NCBI GenBank assembly: GCA_903828655.1
Contig: CAIKMX010000023.1
Location: forward strand, 1-50,617
Direction of reading: 5' to 3'
DNA from: an uncultured archaeon
Lineage (GTDB): Archaea > Nanobdellota > Nanobdellia > Pacearchaeales > GW2011-AR1
DNA: 50,617 bases
Under the pieces are notes generated by a model. That model was not told the origin of the DNA and ran no database searches. It saw only the letters and a list, made by a program, of their open reading frames with translations. This document shows, piece by piece, positions 8,486 to 17,484 of this stretch. The stretch's first letter is position 1. Each line of letters opens with the position of its first letter. Both the position numbers and the translations under genes were made by a program.

Positions 8486-8737
8486 TTACTTTAAAGAAAA
8501 AACTTCACAGTCAAAATCCAAATTTAAATCGTGCTTCACAGTCACTCGATCCTTCAACATTTCAAACTCGATTTTAGAATCACCAAGTTTTTTCAAAGTT
8601 TCAGGTCTAGCATCTTTAACAACAAAAAGTTTCTTTATCTTTCCCTTGCTCTTGCCAGAAGAATGTTTGAAAAACTCTTTCAATCCAAACAAAACTTTCC
8701 CTTCATTTATTCCCTCTTCAATTTCTTTTAAGCTCAT
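8486..8737 (-). CDS. rpl30e: 50S ribosomal protein L30e (short form)
   Basis: 83 aa in the conserved position after rpoA. The pattern is L7Ae/L30e-like (GKVLFGLKE...KLFVVKDARPE). Confidence 0.7.
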   Translation of the reverse strand: MSLKEIEEGINEGKVLFGLKEFFKHSSGKSKGKIKKLFVVKDARPETLKKLGDSKIEFEMLKDRVTVKHDLNLDFDCEVFSLK

Positions 8738-8844
8738 TTTAATATTTTTTTAGTAATTTTAACTTTATTTCCCGATGATTAATGTTGACTTTAATCATTT
8801 TTAAATGTTCGTAAATAACAACCAAAACTTTTGAGTTGCCAATA

Positions 8845-8910
8845 CGATTCCTCCACAAGAGATACCAAACCAGTTAGGTATCCTCTCATCCGTTGACATA
8901 ATTAATAGCA
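8845..8910 (+). repeat. Repeat modules E (CGATTCCTCCACAAGAGATACCAAACCA) + D, inside the rpoA-L30e spacer
   Basis: E recurs at 36043..36071 and 42714..42740. The D core is TCATCCGTTGACATAA. Confidence 0.8.
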
Positions 8911-8951
8911 TAGTTTATTTTAATAGCAAATAGATTTATACAAAAAAACGT

Positions 8952-11900
8952 TTACTTCTTCTCCTTTTTAACTTCAGCTTTTTTAACCTTAACAACAAGT
9001 TTTCCAGATTTATCTTTCTGATCTGCCAAAGGTCCAGTAACTTTTACTAACAATCCTGGCAATCCTGTTCCAACTGGAACGGGTTGATTTAATATTATAT
9101 TTTCTATAACACTCGCCAACTTATCTTTCTTACCTGTTCTTGTAGCATTTACAAAATGTTTAACTGGAGTCTCAAATGATGCTCTAGCCAAAACCGAACT
9201 CTTGTCAGATATAATCCCCATTCTTGTTATACCCTTAACAATTCCTGAAGTGGTCATTGTATCTGCAACAAGCATTAAATGTCTTATGTTAATATCAGAA
9301 CCTTGTGAAGAAATAACTTTCTTTATCTCTTCAATTATCGCCTGTCTTGCAGCCTCAACTCCTAAAACGGAAGAAATCTCATGTAAGTCATTTGTGAATA
9401 CCTTATCAGGATTAACTCCCTTGAAATTTAATATATCCTTTAAGTTTGAACCTGCAGTTAAAACAACATAATCTCTTTCTTTCTTAACAACTAAAACTTG
9501 AGAGATTCCTTTAACTCCCGATAAAATAACTTCCTTTATCTTTTCCTTTGTTTTGTATATCTCTTTGTAAGTTTCATTTGCAGAATCAACAGAAATTCCG
9601 TCGCTCTTCTTCTTCACATTGAATCCTTTGTCTTTCAAAACTTCAATAACCGTATCTAAATTGATATGAACTCTCTTCAAAGCCTCATCATCAATAGCAA
9701 TATTAATTCTTTTATTTGTAAAATCAATAGCAATTTCAGACATAATATTCTTCAACTTTACTTCCTTTATCTTTTCAGCAATAACTCTTGAGTCCTTTTC
9801 ATTGTTTGACTTACCTTCCAAATAAATCTCCATACTTGGAGTTGAAGGAGTCTTTCTAGCATCGAGAATTTCAATAATTCTTGGAAGACCTTGTGTAACC
9901 TGCATCTCAGCGACTCCTGCGGAGTGGAATACGTTCAGTACCATTTGTGTTGAAGATTCTCCAAATGATTGTGCAGTAACAACTCCAATTGCCTCTCCAG
10001 AAGCAATCTTCTGTCCCTTATGCTCATTTGTAACATCAACACCATCAACACCATAAACAAACTGGACAACATCATTTGAAGCGTCTCTTACAGTTCCATC
10101 ATAAGCAATAATCAGGTCCTGTAATGCATTAGCCAATCTTCTGTATAAATAACCTGATTTAGGTGTTCTCAAAGCAGTATCCATAAGTCCATCTCTTCCT
10201 GTTATCGCTCCAAAGAAAAATTCTTCAGGTCTCAATCCCTTCAAGAATGAATTATAGATAAATCCCTTAGATATTGGAGATAGATCGCCTTTCTTGAATG
10301 TAGATAATGTTCTTCCAGTATAACCAAAATCAATTCTTCTTCCATTAAGTACCTGCTGCCCTACGGAACAAGCAATCTGTGTAATATTCATCATACTTCC
10401 TCTAGATCCAGAACTAATCATCTTATTAACCGGATTATCTTTTGGAAATTCTTTCTTAACTGCCTCACCAATCTTTGTTCTAACTTCATTTAAAGATTGT
10501 AAAATTCTAATTTCTCTGGTCTCTTCCATTGTCTTTCCAGGAAGCTGCTCAAGTGTTCCGTCATAAAATTCTTCAATAAACTTTTGTGTTTTCTTTTCTG
10601 CCTCTTCTATAATAGTTTCTGTCATTTGTTTAACATGTTTAGGTACGTCTAAATCAGAAACTGAAATTGTAAATCCTGTTCTGGATAAGAAAGTTACACC
10701 AAGAGTATAAACTGTTTTTAAAACATCAATTGTAGTTCGTCTGTCATATTCTTTATCTATCTTCTTTATCATCTCTCCCTCTTCAACACCGAAAGTTTTT
10801 GCGCCTAAAGAAGCAAATTTCATTGACTGCATTTCTTTAGGTAACGCTTTAGCCCAAACATCCTTTCCAGAATTTTCCTTATTCAATGAAACATGCATAA
10901 CTCCAGCCTCATGTAAAAGTTGTATCGCATCTGCTTTGCTCAATTCGCTTTCACCAAGAACAAAATTTCCGGTAATAGCATCGTCGTTACATCCAACAAG
11001 ATTCATATTATTCTTAGGAGAAAAGATATTTTGTTCTACGTTCAATAAAACTTCAGCTTCAGCTCTTGCTTCTTCAGTTTGAGGTCCGTGAATATTCATT
11101 TCATCTCCATCAAAATCCGCGTTGTAAGGATTACAAACAGAAGGATGCATTCTAAATGTCCTATAAGGTAAAACTTTAACATAATGTGCCATTAATGATG
11201 CACGATGCAAGGAAGGATGTCTGTTGAACAAAACAATATCTCCATCAACAAGATGTCTCTCAACAATATACCCTGTGTCTATCTCTTCAGAAAGTTCACT
11301 TCTCAAATCAGCGGTAATTCTTTTTCTCTTCCCATCAGGTCTTATAATATAATTTGCAGCAGGATATTCTTCTTTCAAGATAATCTTTTTCAATCTTTCT
11401 TTATTTAACGTAGTAACCTTTTCAGCAACGGTAAGTATCTTTGCAATCTCAAATGGAATACCTACTTCATTTATCTTTAAGTTTGGATCTGGAGAAATAA
11501 CCGTTCTCGCAGAGAAATTAACTCTCTTACCGGCCAAATTCTTTCTTATTCTTCCTTCCTTACCCTTAATTCTTTCAGCGATAGTCTTTAATGGCTGTCC
11601 ACTTCTATGTCTTGCTGGAGGAATTCTAGCGATAGAGTTATCAAAGAAAGTTGTAACGTGATATTGCAATAAATCCCACAAGTCTTCAATAATAACTTCT
11701 GGTGCACCCGCATTCAAATTTTCCCATAATCTCTGATTCGCCCTAATAATATCAGACAACTTATGAGTTAAATCGTCCTCACTTCTCTCTCCTGTTTCAA
11801 GAGTAATACTAGGACGCACCGTTACTGGAGGAACAATAAGCAAAGTTAAAATTGCCCATTCCGGTCTTAAAGTTTTTCCATTAATTCCTAAAAGTTTCAA

Positions 11901-12422
11901 ATCATCATCAGAAACTTTAACAAGTCTCTCTCTTATTTCAGAAGGAAATAATCTTCTTCTTCCTATTCTAAATGTAGAAGGTTTTTCTAGTTTAACTTTT
12001 TCCTGAACAATACCACAGAAAGGACATTTCTTTATATCTCTTGATTTCTTTATTCTTGTCTTCAAATCTTTATCATAAAACTTTTGATCAAGTAAAATCT
12101 TCCCACAAGCTTCACAAGTTGAACGTAAAACTAAATCAATAATTGGTAAATATTTTATGTGTAAAGTAGGACGAGCCATCTCAATCATCCCCGGATGTCC
12201 GAGGCATTCTTTTAATCTTCCACCGCAAGTTCTACATCTTACCCCTGGATCGATAGCACCAAGTCTCAAATCCATCAAACCGCCGTCTACTGGATAACCA
12301 TCAACATCATATAATTCCGGCGTTACGATTTTAGCAACAGCCATCTTTTTGATTTGTTCTGGACTTGCAAGTACAAATCTCATTGCTTTCATCTGTTTTC
12401 TTATTGGTTTATTACTTGACAT
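8952..12422 (-). CDS. rpoA: DNA-directed RNA polymerase subunit A, unsplit (A-prime and A-double-prime regions in one 1156-aa ORF)
   Basis: N-terminal zinc motifs and NADFDGDEMN are present. The trigger-loop region GEAIGVVTAQSFGESSTQMVLNVFHSAGV, which normally lies near the start of A-double-prime, is in the same frame. Confidence 0.93.
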   Translation of the reverse strand: MSSNKPIRKQMKAMRFVLASPEQIKKMAVAKIVTPELYDVDGYPVDGGLMDLRLGAIDPGVRCRTCGGRLKECLGHPGMIEMARPTLHIKYLPIIDLVLRSTCEACGKILLDQKFYDKDLKTRIKKSRDIKKCPFCGIVQEKVKLEKPSTFRIGRRRLFPSEIRERLVKVSDDDLKLLGINGKTLRPEWAILTLLIVPPVTVRPSITLETGERSEDDLTHKLSDIIRANQRLWENLNAGAPEVIIEDLWDLLQYHVTTFFDNSIARIPPARHRSGQPLKTIAERIKGKEGRIRKNLAGKRVNFSARTVISPDPNLKINEVGIPFEIAKILTVAEKVTTLNKERLKKIILKEEYPAANYIIRPDGKRKRITADLRSELSEEIDTGYIVERHLVDGDIVLFNRHPSLHRASLMAHYVKVLPYRTFRMHPSVCNPYNADFDGDEMNIHGPQTEEARAEAEVLLNVEQNIFSPKNNMNLVGCNDDAITGNFVLGESELSKADAIQLLHEAGVMHVSLNKENSGKDVWAKALPKEMQSMKFASLGAKTFGVEEGEMIKKIDKEYDRRTTIDVLKTVYTLGVTFLSRTGFTISVSDLDVPKHVKQMTETIIEEAEKKTQKFIEEFYDGTLEQLPGKTMEETREIRILQSLNEVRTKIGEAVKKEFPKDNPVNKMISSGSRGSMMNITQIACSVGQQVLNGRRIDFGYTGRTLSTFKKGDLSPISKGFIYNSFLKGLRPEEFFFGAITGRDGLMDTALRTPKSGYLYRRLANALQDLIIAYDGTVRDASNDVVQFVYGVDGVDVTNEHKGQKIASGEAIGVVTAQSFGESSTQMVLNVFHSAGVAEMQVTQGLPRIIEILDARKTPSTPSMEIYLEGKSNNEKDSRVIAEKIKEVKLKNIMSEIAIDFTNKRINIAIDDEALKRVHINLDTVIEVLKDKGFNVKKKSDGISVDSANETYKEIYKTKEKIKEVILSGVKGISQVLVVKKERDYVVLTAGSNLKDILNFKGVNPDKVFTNDLHEISSVLGVEAARQAIIEEIKKVISSQGSDINIRHLMLVADTMTTSGIVKGITRMGIISDKSSVLARASFETPVKHFVNATRTGKKDKLASVIENIILNQPVPVGTGLPGLLVKVTGPLADQKDKSGKLVVKVKKAEVKKEKK

Positions 12423-12423
12423 T

Positions 12424-15400
12424 TTATTCGTATTTATTCTTTAATTCATATTTAGTTAAAACATGCAAACCTTGTAATTCCTCTGCAAGCAACTTGAATG
12501 CATATGAAATTTCAACAGGTTCAATTTGATTTGAATTACATAATGGGCATATAATCTTGTTGTGTATCTGGTCATCACAAGCAAGCGAGCCACATCTTGA
12601 ACAAACATGTAATATAACTTTATCAGAATCATATCTTTCCTTTAACAATAAAGCAGCGCCATGCCCAACTAATGCTTCCTGCTCCATCTCTCCAAGTCTC
12701 AAAGCACCACCACGAGAACGACCCTCAATAGGCTGTCTTGTTAATAATGCAATCTTACCTGAAGCTCTAGCGTGCATTTTATCTGCTACCATATACTTCA
12801 ACTTCAAATAATACATATTTCCAATGTAAATCTTAACAGGCATTTTCTTTCCCGTAATTCCATTATACATTATTTCCTTCCCATTATATCTAAATCCTAA
12901 CTTTCTCATATTATTTTCCAAACTATCCAATGTAGTTCCAGAGAATGCAGAAGCATCAACAATCGTTCCAGATAAAGAAGCAATCTTTCCAGATAACAAT
13001 TCTAACAAATAACCCACAGTCATACGAGATGGAATACCGTGAGGATTAAACATTAAGTCTGGCTTTATTCCTCTAGATGTAAATGGAATATCTGCTTCAG
13101 GTGCAATGAATCCCACAACTCCCTTCTGTCCGTGTGGTGTTGAAAACTTATCTCCTAATTCGGGGATTCTTAAATCTCTTAATCTAACCTGGACAATTCT
13201 GTTTCCTTCTTTATCATGTGTAATAAAAACTCCATCAACAATTCCCTTCTCTTCTTGCTTTACTGCAGAACTGTTTTCTTTCTTTGTCTGTATTGAAATA
13301 TCCCTGGCTTCAGACAAGAATTTTGGAGGAGAAACCTTTCCGATAACAACATCTCCCTCATTCATATCTGCTTCAGGATAAACAATTCCATCATCTTCCA
13401 AGAATCTATAACTCTCTTCTAGTCTATATCCAGAAACATCTTTCTCAGGTATAGAAATCTCATCTCTTAAACCGCCTGCATAATTCAATTCAACGGAAGT
13501 ATAAGGTCTAAATCTGGAGCTTCTTCCAAATCCTCTATCAACTGAAGCTCTATTCAAAACCAAAGCGTCCTCGATATTATATCCTTCATAAGGCATAATA
13601 GCAACAATAATATTCTGTCCAGAAGGATGTATATCCAAGGTATCATAAACAAAACTTCTAACAATAGGTTTTTGTGGATAGTGTAAAATTGAAACATCTG
13701 TGTCCATTCTTACAGGAAAATTAGCGGCATAAATACCCAAAGACTGTTTTTGAGTCTTGCTTCCACGCATAAGTCTAGCAGACTGATCGTGATTACTATA
13801 AGGTACAAGCGATGTAACTAATCCAAGACTTGCAACAGGATCAATTTCAACGTGAGTATGTTCAGGGGTAAGCTCATCTTCATACATTGCAATGAAACAA
13901 TCATCTTCTTCAGCAGCATCAATATACTCAATTACTCCTTCCTTAATCAAATCACTCCAATGCATATCTCCCTTTTCAACAAGTGCAATATGTTCTGGTT
14001 TTAATCTTGATACCCCGTTGTCAACAACTATAACAGGTCTCAATACTCTCCCAACTTCGCTTGATAAAAATACACTATTTAAAAAATCATCATGCTTAAC
14101 ACTGGTCTCCATTGAAAGCTTGCCCTCCCTTCTTGCTTCCTTAACTGCCCGTACAAAATCTTTTGTAGAATCTGTTCCGCCAATAAATCTTCCATTATAG
14201 AAAACATCTACCTTTCCTTCCTCATTCAATCCAATACCCTCTAAGATTTTAACAATAACTTCATAATCTGAAACAGAACGTGTTGAAATTCTAGCAAGCA
14301 ATGATAAATTTTTTCTTAAACCAATTTCAGTTCCTTCAGGAGATTCAACAGGACAAAATCTTCCATAATGTGTAGGATGTAAAGTTCTTGCAGGGAAATT
14401 TTCTTGTTCTCCAGGCAATGAAGAAGCAACTCTCTGTAGTTGAGATAAAATAGCAAGATAGTTTGTCTTATCCATATTCTGTGTAACTCCAGAACGCTCT
14501 CCAATCCAACTTCCAGTAGCAATAGCCGATTCAATTCTTCTTGAAAATAACGTAGACTTTGCAATAGTCTTTATTGAATAAAACTTTCTTCTCTTAACAG
14601 TCTTTTGCAAAGAATGCTGTATTTCTCTTAATAAAATATTCAAATGAACTCTAAATAAATCAGCCAATAAATCTCCAGACAATCTAACTCTCTTATTTGC
14701 ATAATGATCTTTATCAGTTATAGAATCTTCAGGATGCTCTTTTGCAACATAAAATTGTTTTATGAACTTGCAAAGTGTTCTTGCTTTCTCTATTCTATCT
14801 TCTTTTGTAAGTCCAATATGCGGCAAGAAATAAGAATCTATTCTCTGCTTTACTCTATCAAGCATCTCCTTAGCAGTTCCTTGCAAAGAACTTTTTTCAG
14901 CAATAGACATTAATGCTTCTTCAGATTTTCCTATTGTTGCATATTCATATAAATTAACAATCAAAGAATCATTCTGCTTTCCAATTAACTTAGATATTTC
15001 TGCATCAGATGTTAATCCTAATGCTTTCAATAAAACAATTGCCGGCAAATCTCTAAATCTTGAAAAGGAAACTTCTAAAATTCCTTCTTTATTCTCTGCC
15101 AAAGAAACAGGAATCTTATATGCTCCTCGTTGAGAAAACAATCTTAGCATTAATCTGTTTCTTGATTTCTGATGTTCAATAAATGCCTGATTAGATGCTA
15201 AATCCTCTGATAAAACCATAACTCTTTCATTCCCGTTAACAATAAAATAACCACCCTGATCCTTAGGGTCAATATAATTTTCAATCAACTCCTGCTCATT
15301 CATTCCTTCAAGATTACATGCCTTACTCTTAACAATAACTGGAATTCTTCCCAAATCAACTTCTGCGTTTTCAACCTGTCCTGCATAATTAATTGTAATC

Positions 15401-15717
15401 TCTATTTTAACTGGAGCAGAATAAGTTAAATCTCTCAGTCTAGCTTCAGCAGGGTTAATGAATTTTGTAGAACCATCAGCTTCAGTGATATTTGGTTTTC
15501 CTACAGAAATCTTTCCAAGTGAAATTTCAAAATCTTCTTTGGGTAAATTCGCAGAAAGATCATTAACAATTTCCTGCATTCTATTTTCAATAAAATCATT
15601 AAAAGAACGAATATTAGACTCAACAAGCGAATGACTTTTCAAGAAACTCTTAACAAGAGCGTGATTTACTTTTTTAACTTCACTCACCTTAGAACTAATC
15701 TTCTGTTCTGCCATCAT
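12424..15717 (-). CDS. rpoB: DNA-directed RNA polymerase subunit B (unsplit)
   Basis: 1097 aa with the GDKFSTPHGQKGV and LGEMEQEALVGHGAA motifs and a C-terminal Cys4 zinc ribbon. Confidence 0.95.
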   Translation of the reverse strand: MMAEQKISSKVSEVKKVNHALVKSFLKSHSLVESNIRSFNDFIENRMQEIVNDLSANLPKEDFEISLGKISVGKPNITEADGSTKFINPAEARLRDLTYSAPVKIEITINYAGQVENAEVDLGRIPVIVKSKACNLEGMNEQELIENYIDPKDQGGYFIVNGNERVMVLSEDLASNQAFIEHQKSRNRLMLRLFSQRGAYKIPVSLAENKEGILEVSFSRFRDLPAIVLLKALGLTSDAEISKLIGKQNDSLIVNLYEYATIGKSEEALMSIAEKSSLQGTAKEMLDRVKQRIDSYFLPHIGLTKEDRIEKARTLCKFIKQFYVAKEHPEDSITDKDHYANKRVRLSGDLLADLFRVHLNILLREIQHSLQKTVKRRKFYSIKTIAKSTLFSRRIESAIATGSWIGERSGVTQNMDKTNYLAILSQLQRVASSLPGEQENFPARTLHPTHYGRFCPVESPEGTEIGLRKNLSLLARISTRSVSDYEVIVKILEGIGLNEEGKVDVFYNGRFIGGTDSTKDFVRAVKEARREGKLSMETSVKHDDFLNSVFLSSEVGRVLRPVIVVDNGVSRLKPEHIALVEKGDMHWSDLIKEGVIEYIDAAEEDDCFIAMYEDELTPEHTHVEIDPVASLGLVTSLVPYSNHDQSARLMRGSKTQKQSLGIYAANFPVRMDTDVSILHYPQKPIVRSFVYDTLDIHPSGQNIIVAIMPYEGYNIEDALVLNRASVDRGFGRSSRFRPYTSVELNYAGGLRDEISIPEKDVSGYRLEESYRFLEDDGIVYPEADMNEGDVVIGKVSPPKFLSEARDISIQTKKENSSAVKQEEKGIVDGVFITHDKEGNRIVQVRLRDLRIPELGDKFSTPHGQKGVVGFIAPEADIPFTSRGIKPDLMFNPHGIPSRMTVGYLLELLSGKIASLSGTIVDASAFSGTTLDSLENNMRKLGFRYNGKEIMYNGITGKKMPVKIYIGNMYYLKLKYMVADKMHARASGKIALLTRQPIEGRSRGGALRLGEMEQEALVGHGAALLLKERYDSDKVILHVCSRCGSLACDDQIHNKIICPLCNSNQIEPVEISYAFKLLAEELQGLHVLTKYELKNKYE

Positions 15718-15962
15718 ATCACTACCCTGTAATAAACTTCTTCCACGTCGCCTTTTCTTTCAATTTTCACGACGTCGCCTTTCTCACAATTTTCCGGCAA
15801 AGCAGGATCTCTCTTCGCTATTTTAGGCAATTGCGACAAGGAAATATCAAACTTCTTTAGAATTTTCTGAACCTCTTCATCTTTCACCTTGGTATGTTTT
15901 GGTTGTAGCACGTGCATTTTATCTTCAGGTGGAAGGATAGCAGCATAAAGCAGAATATCCAT
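15714..15962 (-). CDS. rpoH: DNA-directed RNA polymerase subunit H
   Basis: 82 aa with HVLQPKHTKV..LPKI...DP......GDVVKIER....YYRVV. It overlaps the rpoB start by 4 nt. Confidence 0.85.
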   Translation of the reverse strand: MDILLYAAILPPEDKMHVLQPKHTKVKDEEVQKILKKFDISLSQLPKIAKRDPALPENCEKGDVVKIERKGDVEEVYYRVVI

Positions 15963-15986
15963 TACAATTTAGATACTAAATACATC

Positions 15987-16067
15987 AAAAAGTTGGTTTA
16001 AAAACCTTTTGATTTTCGCCATTATGTAGTGGTTTAGGGCGAAAACGGATGTTTTTAACCAACTTTT
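15987..16067. promoter_or_regulatory. About 80-bp imperfect palindrome carrying two outward-facing TTTAAAAAC TATA-like boxes upstream of rpoH
   Basis: Left arm AAAAGTTGGTTTAAAAACCTTTTGATTTTCGCC (15987..16020). Right arm GGCGAAAACGGATGTTTTTAACCAACTTTT (16038..16067). Confidence 0.5.
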
Positions 16068-16148
16068 ATGAATTTTATTAAATTTTCCAATTATCCTTGA
16101 AATCTCCGTATAAAACAAATTAAACCAAACCCTGGCAAATCACAAAAC

Positions 16149-16157
16149 TTTATAAAA
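16149..16157 (+). promoter_or_regulatory. TATA box candidate for tRNA-Lys
   Basis: TTTATAAAA ends 24 nt upstream of tRNA position 1. Confidence 0.5.
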
Positions 16158-16180
16158 CAAATTCGCCCCCATAAAATTGA

Positions 16181-16255
16181 GGCTCCGTAGCTCAGCCCGG
16201 TTAGAGTACTGGACTTTTAATCCAGGTGTCGCGGGTTCAAATCCCGTCGGAGCCA
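16181..16255 (+). tRNA. tRNA-Lys (anticodon UUU), no intron, CCA not encoded
   Basis: Acceptor GGCTCCG/CGGAGCC, D arm GCTC..GAGT, anticodon arm CTGGA-CTTTTAA-TCCAG, T arm GCGGG-TTCAAAT-CCCGT, discriminator A. Confidence 0.9.
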
Positions 16256-16307
16256 TAATGTTATTGAACAAAGTGAAATAACATTAATTCTGATTTGAAA
16301 ACGCGAC

Positions 16308-16394
16308 TGTCGCGGGCGAGTTTAGAGCTTTTTGACAATCTTAGAGTATATACAAAATGGTCTAGACGAGTAAAATCCACGTCGGAGCCATAAT
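16308..16394 (+). pseudogene. Degenerate duplicate of the tRNA-Lys 3' part, interrupted by about 56 nt
   Basis: TGTCGCGGG (16308..16316) equals tRNA 16227..16235. AAATCC-A-CGTCGGAGCCATAAT (16373..16394) equals tRNA plus trailer 16239..16259 except for one inserted A. No 5' half is present. Confidence 0.7.
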
Positions 16395-16466
16395 CGCAAT
16401 TCTATCATCCAGATATATATATCAAACAACAATAGTTTTTATAAAGCCCAATAATTAAAACAAAAC

Positions 16467-17483
16467 ATGGGTGATGAAGAGAAACCTTTTGATGGTGATA
16501 TTCCTACTATATCTGTTAGAGGCAATAGTCCTGCAGAAGCTTGGGAGAAATCTATACTTGCACTAAACCAGGGCGGAATATGGTATGCCCGAGGCGGTGA
16601 AAAGGACAAGGGCGGAATGCAAGTCGATTCTACAATGATTATTACTATAAAAGATCCCAGAGCAAGACACTTAATTCATAAATTTCCAAAGGTACCTACA
16701 GATAGTTTACTTGAATATGGTTATGAATTCTTGGGCGCAAAAGATGGACTCGTTGTCAATCCAGCTTATGGAGAATCTTTAGAAACGGACACTCGTTGGC
16801 CATATGATTATCATGGAAGACTTGTTGCATGGGGAAAGGACATAGGCCTACCCCCCGTTGATCAGATTGAAGAAGTAATAAACAGACTTGCAAATCATCC
16901 AGATAAAAGAAACGGACAAATGATAACTTGGCAGCCTCCAACAGATCTAGGATCTGCTGATCCCGCATGCATGCAAAGGGTTTGGTGTTTCTTAGTTCCA
17001 ATGCCCGATGGTTCATTTAGATTAAACACAAACTATAGTTTCAGAAGTAGAAATCCAATGACCGCCGCTCCAATGAATCTCTTCGGAGAATCAGTTTTAC
17101 AAGATTATATGGCTGAACAAATCGGCCTAAGAATGGGCAAGGTAGTTACTGCGGGAAGACTAGTAGACATGAGTGATTCCTACCACATCTCGAATCGTGA
17201 TCAACCCTTATTCCAGGATTTTCTAAGAATACATAGAGAAGATTTTGCTGCTGGAAAAACTATTGAAGATAGATCTTACGAGAGGGGTTGGGCATTCGGA
17301 TATATGGAAACAATAACTGAAGAAATAAATGCAAAGATAGCCGGACAAATAAAAGATAGACACGAAGAAAGATTAGTAAGAAATCCAGACAAAAGAGGAA
17401 GACTTGAAGAAGAGTTAGGAACACAAATGGGAAATCTAGGAAAAATACATGATTGGATGACTAAATACATCGCAAAAGGATAA
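16467..17483 (+). CDS. Thymidylate synthase (ThyA)-fold protein, archaeal type, with a C-terminal extension
   Basis: 338 aa. TS-fold landmarks: AWEKSILAL..GG, PYDYHGRL, DQIEEVINRL..HP..R, ITWQPP, DPACMQ (Cys in Pro-x-Cys context), FRSRN, PMN, DSYHISN. Confidence 0.75.
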   Translation: MGDEEKPFDGDIPTISVRGNSPAEAWEKSILALNQGGIWYARGGEKDKGGMQVDSTMIITIKDPRARHLIHKFPKVPTDSLLEYGYEFLGAKDGLVVNPAYGESLETDTRWPYDYHGRLVAWGKDIGLPPVDQIEEVINRLANHPDKRNGQMITWQPPTDLGSADPACMQRVWCFLVPMPDGSFRLNTNYSFRSRNPMTAAPMNLFGESVLQDYMAEQIGLRMGKVVTAGRLVDMSDSYHISNRDQPLFQDFLRIHREDFAAGKTIEDRSYERGWAFGYMETITEEINAKIAGQIKDRHEERLVRNPDKRGRLEEELGTQMGNLGKIHDWMTKYIAKG

Positions 17484-17484
17484 A

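Noticed and set aside
8845-8872. Module E (..ATTCCTCCAC..) as a fragment of the 16S rRNA 3' end or an anti-Shine-Dalgarno-related element.
   Set aside because: There is only a short CCTCC resemblance and no surrounding rRNA sequence. The module recurs three times in spacers as part of the repeat family.
16308-16394. A second functional tRNA, or a Nanoarchaeum-style split-tRNA 3' half, downstream of tRNA-Lys.
   Set aside because: No matching 5' half or leader complementarity is visible. The T-stem is broken by an inserted A and the about 56-nt insertion shows no clear bulge-helix-bulge. It was called a degenerate fragment instead.
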